Shown: positions 11,489 to 25,745, counted from the first letter of the stretch. The stretch is 64,000 nucleotides of DNA from Octopus sinensis (GCF_006345805.1 NC_043008.1:19406001-19470000), one strand, 5' to 3'. Translations and numbers: made by a program. Notes: generated by a model from the sequence alone, not told the origin.

Positions 11489-11569
11489 GCCTGTCTGCTG
11501 CATCCCTCCCCCTCTTTCTTTCTCTTTATCTATCTACGTATATATATATATATAAATTATATATAAAAA

Positions 11570-12030
11570 TACAAAATGGGACAAGAACGCAAAACACACA
11601 AGGAGACGACACAAAAAACGGACGGGTCATTCGAAGCCTCTAATCTTCAGTCAGGAACCGGATCATCCTACCAATTTCGGCTGATTAATCCTGCTATCGC
11701 TCCGATCCGGCCAGCCCCAAGGAAAAACTAAGCTACCAGCATTAGATTTCTTGGAAAAAGGATCGAATGTATACGATACAAGGACAGAAAAACGGACGAT
11801 GCCACACGAATATAAATACAAAAAACAAAAATAAAAAACAAGAATAGTAATAACAGGACAAAAACAGCGGGTGTCTTACGACTTTAGACAGTGTAACTTA
11901 GCTTAACTGGCGTATTTTGAAATAAATGCCTTTGCGGCAGACAAAGAAAACGGTGTTGTCGTGGCGGCGGTCAAAGGCTGAAAGGCTAGTTAACCAGCGG
12001 TCACGTGAGAGAAGAGAAGAAGCGAGAGAA
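11570..12030 (-). mobile_element. Non-coding repeat, probable PLE 3-prime/pLTR remnant
   Basis: 11570-11800 (minus) aligns by eye with 29220-29480 (plus): ccgt.ttt.tgtccttg..tcgtatacattcg...agcttag.tttccttgggg..ggcc; the layout resembles the 3-prime region of the PLE at 58415-58720. Confidence 0.45.
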
Positions 12031-12566
12031 AAACAGGGGTCAATTAGTACATGTATACACATCTATTTAAATGTATGCATGTGTATATATGCATATGTGT
12101 CCGTACATATATATAGATGTATGTGTATGTGTGTTTAATGTGCATATTTACAAGCAAGATTACTAAGTTTTGCGTATGTATGTATTGCGTATATCTGATT
12201 GGGAGTTCTTAAGTGTGTCTCATGGTTTACGCATAGCTACATATCAAACAGCTATGTCACAACACGAAAACGTGGCGCTTCAGATCATTGCATTCAGTGT
12301 TGCAATGAGAAATGTAATAGAATGATAGATAAAATATTAAAGAAATGATTAACAAAGCAGACGATCAGCAACAGATATCTGGATATAAAGATTTATATCA
12401 TTGTTTCATTCACTAACTTCGATAATTAGCAAGTCTTGCCGTCACATACCTAAATTATTTTCCAATTGGATGACTTTAAGTTTCTTATGATTGTTTCAGT
12501 CTAAATTAAATAATATCACACACACATATGTGTATATATGTGTATGTACGTATATATATATATTTT

Positions 12567-12663
12567 CGCTCAATAAACACACACAACGCCCGGTCTGGGA
12601 ATCGAAACCGCGATCCTCCGACCGCGAGTCCGCTGCCCAAACCACTGAGTGATTGCGTCTCCA
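12567..12663 (-). mobile_element. SINE group C head fragment
   Basis: ggagacgcaatcactcagtggtttgggcagcggactcgcggtcggaggatcgcggtttcgattccc. Confidence 0.8.
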
Positions 12664-12672
12664 CACACACAA

Positions 12673-12704
<32 letters not shown>

Positions 12705-13286
12705 GCACTCACACACACACACATATTGTCTTTTATCTTTTACATGTATCAGGCATTTGACTGCGACTATACTATAGTACCTCCTTCGGCAAGTGTCTTC
12801 TACTATAGTGTCAGGTCGTCCAAAGTCTTGTGAGTAGGTTTGGTAGACGGAAACTGAAAGAAGCTTCGAAAACGATACGAGGCTATGTAAAGCTTTACTG
12901 AAATATATACTGGCAAAGATGTATGCGGGCAGCTAGATTCGCCGTTTTGAAAATTCAAATATCTTGCTAGTATATTCGCCTGAACGCCTAGCCATTAACA
13001 GGTGAATGAGGACTAATCAAATTTACAAGAACAACCGTATATTGCTAAATCGGAAAATCGGGTCCTAGATTATCCATTCTAGGTGGTCCATTTTTACGAT
13101 GATCTGCCTAGAAATAAAACAAAAATTTTTTAAGTTCCCTGCCCGCATACATCTTTGTCAGTACGTATTTCAGTGAAGATTTACATAGCGTCTCATTGCT
13201 ATTAAAACTGCTATTTCCAGCAAACATGGTGCCTTGTTATATCACTATTTCTTATATAAAATGTCATCTCTACTCATACTTTCACA

Positions 13287-13349
<63 letters not shown>

Positions 13350-13804
13350 ATGCATATATATCTGCAGGCAGTGTTGGCTAGAATATACAGATTATAGACT
13401 GCAGCAGTGAATTATAACTCCGTTCACAGTTAACAACCCAACAATTTATTAATCGAACAAGTTGCCTAGAATGCTTTATATATGCAAACAAATTGCTCTG
13501 AACAATTTACTTGATAGCATAGTATTCGTAAGTTTGTAATCCGTGCCTTTGTGGCCAGTTAAAGAGGCTGCAGAGTCGCTGAGGAACTCAGAACTTACAT
13601 CAACTGGTTCTTTCTTCTGCTTGCAGAGATATCGTATTTAAAGACACAATTTATATCTGCTTTATATCACGCTTTGGCTAAAATATATTAAAACTATATA
13701 TATATTATGCATGCTGTAGTTCAGTGTATTATCTATCTATCTATCTATCTATCTGTCTGTCTATCTATCTACACACACACACATATATATATACATATGG
13801 TGAA

Positions 13805-14135
13805 AGAGAAAACCACCTTCGGTCATGAATGACCATGAGATAGCACCTAGAAAGTTACCTTCCAAGGCATAAGGCTGGACAAGCCTGTTTATGGAAGACC
13901 AGAAGTCGTCCATGCACACCAGCTTCCCCTCTCCACGCCACCGATGTTATCCGATGGAAAGGTAAAAGATGATACAGCTTGGCACCAGTGACATAGCAAC
14001 TCATTTCTACAGCTGAGTGACCTGGAGCAACGTGAAATGAAGTGTCTTGCTGAAGAACACAACACACAGACCGGTCTAGGAATGGAACTCACTACCTCAT
14101 TATTGTGAGCCCGACACTCTAACAATGGAGCTATG
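13805..14135 (-). mobile_element. SINE group C (head, body X, tail 4)
   Basis: Related copy at 54310-54605. Confidence 0.75.
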
Positions 14136-14184
14136 TGTCTTCATTTATATATATCAACGCCTGTTTATGTATGTGTGTACAATC

Positions 14185-14194
14185 ATATTTATAC

Positions 14195-14226
<32 letters not shown>

Positions 14227-14277
14227 TATATATATATACACACATATATATATATATTATATTATATATATATATAT

Positions 14278-14322
<45 letters not shown>

Positions 14323-14388
14323 TTATATATTATATTATATCATATCATGTTATATTATATTATAATATTTAATATTATATTATATTAT

Positions 14389-14471
<83 letters not shown>
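14185..14471. repeat. Degenerate (TA)n/(TAT)n tract
   Basis: Direct reading. Confidence 0.95.
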
Positions 14472-14475
<4 letters not shown>

Positions 14476-15004
14476 ACCGTTGCATACGAAGGTCTTGGAT
14501 AAAAACGGATATTAGAAAACAAAGCCAGGAGGTATACGCACTTTACTTACCTTCGTGTACATTTCTTTCTGAACATTTTTGTGTGAAATGACGAAGTTTT
14601 CGAGACTGCATAGAAATGCATATGTTAATATGTATGGACGCCTACGTAAATACGTGCGCCGATATATACACGCCTACGCACATATTATAATGAGAGGGAG
14701 ACTGTGTGTGAGAGAGAGAAAAAGATAAAGAAAAAGAGAGAAGAGTGGAAATTCTTTATTGTCATATGATGTTCGTGATCAAATGATGGAAAATCTAATA
14801 CATCTTCTTTTACTATTTTCAGCAAAGGGCTGTGTTCTTGCTAGAATCAATCATCAATCAATCACTCAATCAATTAGTCCGTCAGTCTGTCTGTCTATCT
14901 GTCTGTGTCTCTATCAATCTATGTTCTTTGTTCCTTTTTTTATCTTTAAGATATATTTAAGTTACCTCTTTTACAGAACCCAAATCAATCTAAAAAATGA
15001 CATA

Positions 15005-15218
15005 TACTAGTATGTATGTATATATGTATCTATATATCCCTGTCTGTCTGTCTGTCTATGTATGTATGTATATATATATATGTATATGTATGTATATATA
15101 TATATGTATGTATATTCACATAAATACGTATATATGCATATATATATATATATATATATGTATGTATATACACATAAATACGTACATATATATATATATG
15201 CATATGTATGCATATATA

Positions 15219-15249
<31 letters not shown>

Positions 15250-15375
15250 AACATATATAAACATATATATATATATATATATACATCTATATATATCTAT
15301 ATATATATATAAACATATATATATACATCTATCTATCTATTTATCTCTCTCTCTCTCTATCTATCTATCTATATC

Positions 15376-15416
<41 letters not shown>

Positions 15417-15480
15417 AGAGTGAGAGAGAGAGAGAAATAAAGAGAGGGAGGGTGAGAGAGACAGAAAGAGAGAGAGAGAG
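15005..15480. repeat. Compound TA/TATG/TC/GT/GA microsatellite field
   Basis: Direct reading. Confidence 0.9.
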
Positions 15481-15894
15481 TGCGGTTAAAAAAGTAGTGT
15501 TCCTTGATCGATGGCTACCTCTGTATCTAATCATTTCATGCCACGTCAGAAAGGATAAAATTCAATTGATCTTTCCATCGAAATAGTCAGCAATGTCATC
15601 CATCGCTGCCAATCGTTAAACTAGAAGGTTATCTAAAAATAGTGTCGGTAACGACTGCGTCATATATCCGGGATTTAGGGAGCCGAAATTGAATATAAAC
15701 GTTATCAGCAAAGATTTATTGCATTTTGATTCCGTTCCTTTCTTCACTATGTTGGACCTAATGTTGTTACGTCTTCGACTTGGCATATTCAGTCGTATAT
15801 CATGATTTTGGCACTCGAGATAGACACACGCACAGTAAATCACGTTCACATTCACATGCTTATACGCAGGAGCATAATTACTCATATTAGCTTA

Positions 15895-16218
15895 TCGATA
15901 TACTATACACATATATATATATGTACATAGATCCCGCATACACACACACATATGTGTATATATATATATATATGTAAATATATTTGCATGTGTATATGTA
16001 TTTGCACTTTTGTGTGTACGCATATATGTATGCATGTATTTATTTATACATTTATGTATGTATGTGTGTGTAGGCATGCGTGTATGTGAGTGTGTGTATA
16101 CACCGCGCACACACATATATATACATATATAAATATACATAGATAAATCAATATCTTGGTCTGTCTGTCTCTCTATTCACATGCTATATACCGTACACAT
16201 ACTTTCTCACCCCCTGTC

Positions 16219-16259
<41 letters not shown>

Positions 16260-16281
16260 TATATATATACATTCATACATA

Positions 16282-16363
<82 letters not shown>

Positions 16364-16532
16364 ATATATATATGTATGTGTGTGTGTGTGTGTGTGTGTG
16401 TCTAAGTCTATTGCTTTGAGTATATGTATATATATAGGAACGTACATGTAGAAGCACATATATATATATATATATGTATACATACATGTATACATAAATA
16501 TATACATATATTTGCGTGTACGCATGTATATA

Positions 16533-16605
<73 letters not shown>

Positions 16606-16610
16606 TGTTC
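15895..16610. repeat. Compound TA/CA/TATG microsatellite field
   Basis: Direct reading. Confidence 0.9.
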
Positions 16611-17647
16611 GTTTGTGTATGTGTATTCCAATAAGTTTGAATCCTCTTATATTGCTTAATTTATACGCAATTACTCGCCATATGGAACTAATTTGCATAA
16701 ATTGTCATATGACCTGTTGCTATTCTCTTCAACATTTGCATGTAATTTTCTCATCAATACCAATTTATTTACACACTTTTCATTTCAACAGATAATCACA
16801 AATTTATAAATAATTCCTCGTACATGCAACAATCAGACCCCCCACCACCACCAACACATGCACGCACTCACATACACACAATGCATTTGGCCTCGTTGCC
16901 AAAAAGGAAAGAAAAAAAAGAACAACTCCAACAAGCTAAATAAATGCCGATTTAGAATAAATCAATCCAAGATACCGGGTTTACTAAATTACCTCGGCAA
17001 ATTACCAATAAAAATTTTACTTCTTTTCGTCTTTGAAAAGAAATAAAGTTGACCGACTCCATCCTCCATCATACTCCTGTAGAATCATTGTAGCAGGAAA
17101 TGGCAGATATGAAGAATAAAACAAATGAAAAATCGCCGACCAGAAATGCTAACGAAAATTACTGAATCGGTTTACTAGAGCTGAGCATTCGTCTTCGGAA
17201 TGGTTACCATTACAGAATACGATGTCATATACAGTGCAAGCAAGAAATGAAGTGGCAGTTACTGGTCATTAAACCGGCTAGAAATAACAGCCCAAATCTC
17301 GTTAAGATCACCTCTTAATAATCATTATTGTGATTGAAACGTGTTTGATCAAAGGACGCATGCATCTAAACACGACCACCACCATCGACATTTGTGGACA
17401 TGATAGGTGTTCTACCATTGGACCAACGTAATCGTTCGAATTTCCTTATTTTAGAAACTTTATTCTTGTCAGAGAGAATTGTATATTGTTGATGGTATAA
17501 GAATTTGTCCTTTCGAGAGAACACAAATTTATTATTTCTATGGAACGATGGATCTCGAAGCATACACGCACCTTCAAATACGCACACACAGAAGCTAGTG
17601 TGCTGATCATGGCTTGCAGTTGTCATGTAATATTATATTGAGAGAAA

Positions 17648-18052
17648 ATGGCGAGCTGGCAGAATAGGACTGCGAGCTGGTAGAAACGTTAGCACACCGG
17701 ACGAAATGCTTAGTGGTATTTCGTCAGCCGTTACGTTCTGAGTTCAAATTGCCTTTCATCCTTTCGGGGTCGATCAATTAAGTACCAGTTACGCACTGGG
17801 GTCGATGCAATCGACTTAATACCTATGTCTGTCCTTGTTTGTCCCCTCTGTGTTTAGCCCCTTGTGAGTAATAAAGAAATAGGTATTTCGTCAGCCGTTA
17901 CGTTCTGGGTTCAAATTTCGCCGAAGTCGACTTTGCCTTTCATCCTTTCTGGGTCGATTAAATAAGTACCAGTTACGCACTGGGAATAGATATAATCGAC
18001 TTAATCCCTTTGTCCCCTCTATGTTTAGCCCCCTGTGGGCAATGAAGAAATC
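17648..18052 (+). mobile_element. SINE group A, duplicated head start plus 2 units
   Basis: ggcgagctggcagaata and gcgagctggtagaaacg heads; units begin at about 17714 and 17882. Confidence 0.85.
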
Positions 18053-19029
18053 AATACTACATTGACAGGTAATATTTACCGCCACTTAAATGTGGAAAAT
18101 CTGTTTGAACAAACTACACAGAACGCCAACGCTTAAGTGGCATAAATATTAACTCTCGACTTTAGTATTTCCTCTATCGTTAATATATACGAATACTTTA
18201 TTATTTTCACCTCAGTCAAAAAGCATGACTGATCTAAAACAGGAGATATACCACAGAAAGTTATTCCAAACAAAAATGTGTCCATGTCTAGTTCTTCAAA
18301 CACTCCTCTCTGAATTCCAAGCATTTTTGGAATTTGCCGTTGATGGAAATGATTTTGCTTCCACTTCTTAAACAGTAACTCTATGCGAAGAATATTTAGC
18401 TTTTAGTATATTAACGTATCTTCGTATTCTAACGTATGATAAAATTTGTTCAAATCTTTTGTAAAGTCTCGGTATATTACACATTTGACTTACTGAATTC
18501 ACCTGTAATATCATGCTGTAGTATAGTAGCAGCTGTTTAAAACATCTAATTGGAGAGAAACCATGCTGAACACTTTTCAGCAACTCGTTCGGTTCTGCAT
18601 AAATGATTAGCTTTATTTCTTAATATTTTGCTTCGTATGATTGTTATGTAAAAGCAGAAATATATACAACTACCACTGCTAGCATCTGATGCGTTTGTTT
18701 TCCTATGGATAAACATTATACTTTCTTTTTGTCTTTCTGGGGGATGAACACTTCAAAAATATCATCGAAATATTATTAAAAGTGCTTTAGCTTCCGAATG
18801 TCTTTTGTAACTATTATCAGGAAAGGATCAGATCTGTATGTGATTGTATGTATGTACAGCGGTGTTCATAACGTCTAGAATAAGACTGATTTTTAAAAAT
18901 ATTCTTCTTATCATTAATTGGTTTGAAATATCTTCTGTATATTTTTTAATACTTTATTAATTTAAACAATTTTATTTAATTATTAATTTATTCTGTTGTG
19001 TCTGGGGAGAGTCATTTTCTTTTTGTGCC

Positions 19030-19570
19030 TAATAATGTAACACATTCTGCCAAGTTGTAGCGTCCTTGTTGTGAACAAAACGTTCAATTTTGGTTTCACC
19101 GGAGCGCAGAACCCTCGACCAACACTGAGTAGAATTGTTTAACATACTTCTTGCATAGTTTAGTTGCACCTTAACCTGGCGGGGCCTCAGCGGGGAGTTT
19201 TTCTCGCTCGTTACCTGCGGATCCCAAATGTCCACTATGCCCTCCTTACGGAAAGTTTTACGTCCCGCTGACCTCTTTAACAGTTGTCCTCGGTTCATGC
19301 TCTACTCCCCTCATCCGCCTATGCATGAGTTCGTCCGACAACTTTCGTTTGCGTCCGCCCCTTTCTCTATTTGCCACACAACCATATGTTCGATATTTCT
19401 TAATAACTGATTGAATAGTCTGTACTTTGACAGAAAATAGTTTTAAAACCTCTCCCGTATCTGCCGCCAGACATGTGAGCTTGCTTCTACAATTTCTTTT
19501 CTAAGGTCAACAGTGTTCTCATATTGTTTCGGCATTTTTTAGATAGTAATTGAAATCGCAAACAAAAGAT
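19030..19570 (-). mobile_element. Tc1-like (DD34E) transposase remnant, frameshifted
   Basis: SPLRPRQVKVQLNYARSMLNNSTQCWSRVLRSGETKIERFVHN corresponds to the Tc1 KPLL...RL.FA...W..VLWSDETK motif. Confidence 0.7.
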
Positions 19571-21160
19571 GTCGACGGTATTGACACGCGTGCAAATCAC
19601 GTGTACTTTAATATTGAGAATTTACTGACAATTATTAAGAGTAATTTATATGATATCTTAAAATCTTTAATAGTTTATTTATCGTTTTATATTCATTTTT
19701 AAACAAAACAAGTTAGACAAAATGTTATGAATAATTTTGCACATCTGTCGTCTAATAAGTTTCTGAATTTTGTTAAATCTGATTGTGGTAAAAATACATT
19801 GATAATGAAATGAAATTGTGTATATTAATAAAGTAATAAATAATAAACAAAATATATTACAAACCAATTAATGACAAGGAGAATATTAAAAAAAGCCAAC
19901 TTTATTCTAGACGTTATGAATACTTATGAACACAACGGTATGTAAATGTGAAGATTTTGAACACGAGTGAGTAATTAGATGCATTGATATGTCTTTAGGT
20001 GAAATACTCACAGTGCTAGATGGATAAATATTTAGATACAATGACAGATTGATAGATCGATATTTAGGCAGAATGATATATATATAAATATTTTTCCGTA
20101 ATGCGATAAAAAAACCAAGGCTGGTTTATAAGTAGAAGGCCTTACAGCTGTTTCTGTGATATTTATTTTATCCCGTCATCGGAGACGGTGTGAGAAGATT
20201 GCTAAGCAACAGTTAATTTAGATAAGATATGAAACAGAGAGTGAGGTGGAGGAATGAAAATAGATGTGAGATATGCAGGGATATTGTATTTGTAGAGCCA
20301 TTATTTAGGCAGAATGGTATACATATAAAATTCCAATACCTTATGAGTAAAATCCAATAGTATTTAAAATTGGTCATTCCAAGTATAGCGTTTGTACACA
20401 GTGCTATTGAATCAAGGGTTTTACAAAGTAAGGAATGTATTAGTAAGGTCAAATCAAAGGCAGGAAGAGAGGAATAAAGAGAGAAAAGTGAAAAAATAGA
20501 GAAAAAAGAAAAAGAAAGAAGAAAAAAGAAAAAGAAAGAAGAAAAAAGAGAAAACATTTAAACAAATGTGAGCTAAGAGAAATACTTGACAATGTTCAGT
20601 GGTATGTATTTGAACAGCATGGTCAACTGCAAGTATACCAAATACTATACAATATAAGTACTTTATTTGTTAAATTTACCTCCGCCTCTAATGATGTATT
20701 ATAATGACTAACTAGCTGTTAAGACCTGCTCCATGTGAGAATAAAAACAATTTCACGATTCAAGAATTTCTCCAAAACTGACAAGTTATTAATGCAAAAT
20801 ACAAGCTTATTGTGTAAAGGTAAGAGAAGTGGTGTAGATACGTGTTTCTGGTGCAATAACACTCACCAGAACACAATAGGCAAAGAACTGAGACTTATTC
20901 ATAAAAGAGTAGCAAGTATTTAAACAAAAAGTGAGAAATAACTCAGAGGCTTTTTGTATGCATTTGAACAACATAGATAAATATAGATACATCAAATAAC
21001 ATACAAAATATATTCTTATTTATTAAAATTCTCTCCAACTATAGTGAATAATTACCAAATGGCAATTAATCCCCGCTCCAATTAACTGATTTAGTTATTT
21101 GCTTATATAAGAATGCACTGAACAAGTGCTATTGTGTTTTTCATCTAATATTTCTATTAT

Positions 21161-21754
21161 AGGCATTGGAGTGGCTGTGTGGTAAGTAGCTTGCTTACGA
21201 ACTACATGGTACCGGGTTCAGTCCCACTGCGGGGCACCTTGGGCAAGTGTCTTCTACTATAGCCTCGGGCCAATCAGAGCCTTGTGAGTGGATTTGGTAG
21301 ACAGAAACTGAAAGAAGACCGTTGTATATATGTATATATATATATATATTATATATATATATATAGATATATATATATATATATATATAATATATATATA
21401 TATTGGCCTGCTCGCTTAGCCAGCGGGGTGGCGTCATTCGAAGGCTAAAACAATGCGAACGCATTGTGACAAGCGATGTCTAACAACATCTGATGGTCTG
21501 GTCGGTCACGTGATCACGTGATATATATATATATATATATGTGTGCGTGTATATGTTTGTGTGTCTGTGATTGTCCCTCCAGCATCGCTTGACCACCGAT
21601 GCTGGTCTGTTTACGTCCCCGTAACTTAGCGGTTCGGCAAAAGCGACCGATAGAATAATTACCAGTCTTACAAAGAATAAGTCCTGGGATCGATGTGCTC
21701 GACTAAAGGTGGTGCTCCAGCATGGACACAGTCAAATGACTGAAACAAGTAAAA
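21161..21754 (+). mobile_element. SINE group B with a nested truncated tail-3 SINE fragment (21403-21522) in its internal (TA)n
   Basis: Head and tail intact; the nested piece matches 62553-62668. Confidence 0.85.
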
Positions 21755-22629
21755 TATGTGCGTGGATAAGCTTTTAATCCTTCAAATAATGGAGCTATTA
21801 CATAATGGTTTGAAACTATTTCGCAAAACCCGTACAGAAATATTAGCATTTCGAATCCTAGAGCCCTGATTTCCTTTATTTGCCTCTCTTTTCCATCGTT
21901 GCATTTTACTTTATTTCTCAATTACTATGGTTCATATACATATTGTGTTTCGTTCCCGACAATGATTTGTCACTTTAATCGATTCCAGACCTTTGTTCTT
22001 TTTTTATAATAATTCTTCTGTCAAAGGGAATGATAGTTTTATGAGCATCAGAAAATACTGAATGTAGCTTCCATTGCTTATATCCATAGTTTCAATCTTA
22101 TGTCACTATTTCGCATACAGAGATACGCAGCCAGTAAATCTCTTCCTTAATTGGTTTCTAGTGAGGCTTTAAGGGAATGCAGAATGGTTAGAAGAGTGGG
22201 GGCAGGGACTCCGCTGCAAAGATGTGGAAGAATTTGCTGTATATATTGGAAGTGCAATGTTGTTATGGTTACAGAAGGCTGTAAGAATACCGTTTTGCAT
22301 TCTTTTACTTGTTTCACTCTTTGAATTGTGGCCATGCTGGGGCACCGCATTGAGGGATTTCTGTTTTGTCAAAAACATCGATTCCAGTACTTATTTTTTG
22401 TGATTTTGAATGGCTAAGTTATAAGGATATAAATAAACTAACACCGGCTTTCAAGCATTGGCGTTGGGTAACAAACACAGACACATACACATACATACAC
22501 TTGCGCATGCACTCGCACACACACATATACAACGGGTCTCAACATAGTTTCCATCGGCCAAATTCCTTCACTGCCTTTGTTTCACTTAATTTTGAAAAAT
22601 AACCAAAGAATTGTGTAGGATAACTTTGC

Positions 22630-23088
22630 TATCCTTATATATGTGTGTTAGTCCATCCATGAAGAATGAGGTAGAAAAAGGAAGTTTGATCAACGAGGAG
22701 TTTGCATATTAAGTTGTGTTTGGAATTTTTCAATAAAGAGATTCTCCTTGTTAATTCTCTCCTGTGTGGTGATCCCGTCTTTACATTGGTAGAAAGGGAA
22801 TATATAGAATTTGGGGTTTAAGTCTTTAGCGCATGAGTCCATGTGGTCACTCAGTGGAATTTGTCGGTATTCCGGGAGATTTATTTGTTCTTTATGCACC
22901 GCTACTCGTTTACGTATATTCCCTTCTACCAATGTAAAGATGGGATCACCACACAGGAGAGAATTAACAAGGAGAATCTCTTTATTGAAAAATTCCAAAC
23001 ACAACTTAATAAGCAAACTCCTCGTTGATCAAACTTCCTTTTTCTACCTCATTCTTCATGGATGGACTAACACAAATATATAAGGATA
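22630..23088 (-). mobile_element. 5-prime-truncated PLE (GIY-YIG C-terminus) with inverted duplication of its 3-prime 175 bp
   Basis: RKRVAVHKEQI...IPLSDH...ERINKENLFIEKFQTQLN; arms 22630-22804 and 22915-23088 with about 4 differences; 110-bp spacer. Confidence 0.8.
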
Positions 23089-23659
23089 CCATGCATTCAT
23101 CACTTCAAGCTAAAACTTATATTCTTTAAATATCATTTTTACTATTGTTGTTATTACTATCATTTTTATTATATATGATATAACAATCTGAAATGCAATT
23201 GTCTATGCAAATTTATATAATTAGAAAATAATATAAATAAAGTGTTAAAATCTGAAAGTTAAGTTAACAAACAATTATATAAAAAAGATAATGCAAATGA
23301 AGCTAAAATGATAATTTTATAATTTGGGGTTTATTAACAGCCTTTATTGAAGAACTCAAAAGAGTTGCCTCCCCTTATTCACAACACAGGAACTGAAGAA
23401 CCACAATTACTACTACTTCCTGTTTTGCCAACATCCTTAATTAAACCAAACAACACATGCTCTTAATCCCATTGGATCCTAATACCTCAAGGTAATTTTT
23501 TCGTGAACAATCATTAAACTCAAGATACACAACGAACTCACAATGTATCGGAGTACTTATTTTTTAATTTTTGTACATATTTATTATTATTCTTTTGCAA
23601 AAAACAATGCAATTTTCTTTTTTCCCCTTTCTAATTTTTAAAAAACTTTTTAACCTAAA

Positions 23660-23701
23660 TATTCTTGACAAGTCACACAATGACGAAAACCGGTTTGAAT
23701 A
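23660..23701 (+). ncRNA. Minimal type-I hammerhead ribozyme motif, U3:A8 core
   Basis: TATTC-TTGACAA-GTCA(CACAA)TGAC-GAA-AACCGGTT-T-GAATA: stem I 5 bp, stem II 4 bp, palindromic stem III. Confidence 0.6.
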
Positions 23702-23837
23702 AATATATATTTATATATTTTATCAATTTCTCATTTCATTAAAATTTTCTTTCATTTGAGCATTCTGCATTTTTACAATTTTTCCTTGCTTATCATTTCT
23801 CCACGTGCGGTCAACACAACCCCACCATTTATTGATC

Positions 23838-23911
<74 letters not shown>

Positions 23912-23995
23912 TTATTTATATACACATATGTGTTTGTGTGTTTGTCTGTATTTATTTCCCATTATCACTTGACAAACAGTGTTGGTATACTCGTT

Positions 23996-24237
23996 TACTC
24001 TTTTACTTGTTACAGTCATTTGATTGCGGCCATGCTGGAGCACCGCCTTTAGTCGAGCAAATCGATCCCAGGACTTATTCTTTGTAAGCCTAGTACTTAT
24101 TCTATCGGTCTCTTTTGCCAAACCGCTAAGTTACGGGTACGTAAAAACACTTGCCCAAGGTGCCCAACAGTGGGACTGAACCTGGAACCATGTGGCTGGT
24201 AAGCAAGCTACTTGCCACACAGCCACTCCTGCGCCTA
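23996..24237 (-). mobile_element. SINE group B with internal deletion
   Basis: Head and tail joined at gtacgtaaaaac|acttgcccaagg. Confidence 0.85.
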
Positions 24238-24982
24238 TGTTTACATTCTCGCAACCTAGAGTTTCTGCAAAAGAGACCGAAAAAATAAGTATCAGAATAA
24301 AAAAGAAAATAAGCACTGTGTTCGACTGATTCGACTAAAAATTCTTCGAAGCGGTGCTCCAGCATTGCCGCAGTCTAATTGACTGAAATAACTAAACAGA
24401 AAAAGAAAAAAAAGGACAGACCTCAACCTCTTCTTATCTTACCAAAGTAGAAGCGCGTAAATTGCTTTGCAATTATAAAACGTCATAAACTTGCAATCAC
24501 AGTCTAAGAGATATAATGAAACATAAATTTACCTTGTACGACTTTTGCATAATAGTTAGACAGTTAAGTAGATGAAAATCCATTATATGATTACAATATG
24601 AAACAGTTAATACCAATTTGTTATATAGAATGATAAATATTTCTTTCTCTAAATATTTGTAAATACATTTGCTATTAAAGTTCCTCGTCAGTAAATGTAC
24701 TTTTATTTGTTTTTCGAACGTCAACGGGAAGGTGAGATAAAATAACATAATGAATATTTGTTTGGAAAAATGCGGTCGTCACCGAATAGATTAATATCTT
24801 AATGCACTTTTAACAATTGAAAAATAAAAGTCCATTGCTCTTCCACCAGACAAATATGCGTATACTTGCATACATACAAACATACGTACGTACATACATA
24901 CATACATACATATATACATACATACATACATACATACATACGTACATACATACATACATACATACATAAATGCATACATACA

Positions 24983-25377
24983 TACTCTTTACTCTTTTTA
25001 CTCTTTTACTTGTTCCAGTCATTTGACTGCGGCCATGCTGGAGCACCACCTTTAGTCGAGCAAATCAACCCCAGGACTTATTCTTTGTAAGTCAAGTACT
25101 TATTCTATCGGTCTCTTTTGCTGAACCGCTAAGTTACGAGGACGCAAACACACCAGCATCGGTTGTCAAGCGATGTTGGGAGGACAAACACAGACACACA
25201 AACACATACATATATACCACGGGCTTCTTTCAGTTTCCGTCCACCAAATCCACTCACAAGGTTTTGGTCTGCCCGAGGCTATAGTAGAAGACACTTGCGC
25301 AAGGTGCCACGCAGTGGGACTGAACCCTGAACCATGTGGTCGGTAAGCAAGCTACTTACTACACAGCCACTCCTATA
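24983..25377 (-). mobile_element. SINE group B, full length, embedded in (TACA)n
   Basis: Same head and tail as 2806-3193; (TACA)n on both sides. Confidence 0.9.
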
Positions 25378-25451
25378 CATACATACATACATACATACAT
25401 ACATACATACATACATACATACATACATACATACATACATACATACATACA

Positions 25452-25486
<35 letters not shown>

Positions 25487-25745
25487 GAGCAAAGCAAACC
25501 AAATTGACGCTGCTTCTCCAAATCAAATCTATGAATGGCACAGTGAAGATTTGTAAGGCGTTCTAAAAATTCTCCATTTGAGATTCTTATGTGAATAGAT
25601 GGACACACTTGCGTTGATGGTGCGTCATGGTGCTTTTTATCTCATAGACAGTGCCCAACTAACCCTACTATACTGTATATTTGCAAAATATAAAAACTAA
25701 TAAAGCGCATGCGCGAAAAAATGGCGACAATTTACGCATCGCACC

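Noticed and set aside
5940-16800. Many 60-200-aa ORFs rich in YI, CV, HT and SIYL
   Set aside because: These are translations of (TA)n, (CA)n, (TATC)n and (TACA)n microsatellites; the same applies to such ORFs throughout the window.
18100-18620. Interrupted protein-like minus-strand frames, possibly a DNA transposase
   Set aside because: Multiple stops and no diagnostic motif I can name.
20735-20995. Candidate host exons (strong-looking donors GTAAGA on plus, GTGAGT on minus)
   Set aside because: No recognisable protein motif and no convincing acceptor or frame; needs transcript data.
21403-21522. HDV-like ribozyme on the minus strand (GCC-ACCCCGCT-GGC resembles P3/L3)
   Set aside because: No P2 3-prime strand, J4/2 or G1-U wobble was found, and the segment is the antisense of SINE tail 3 (62553-62668).
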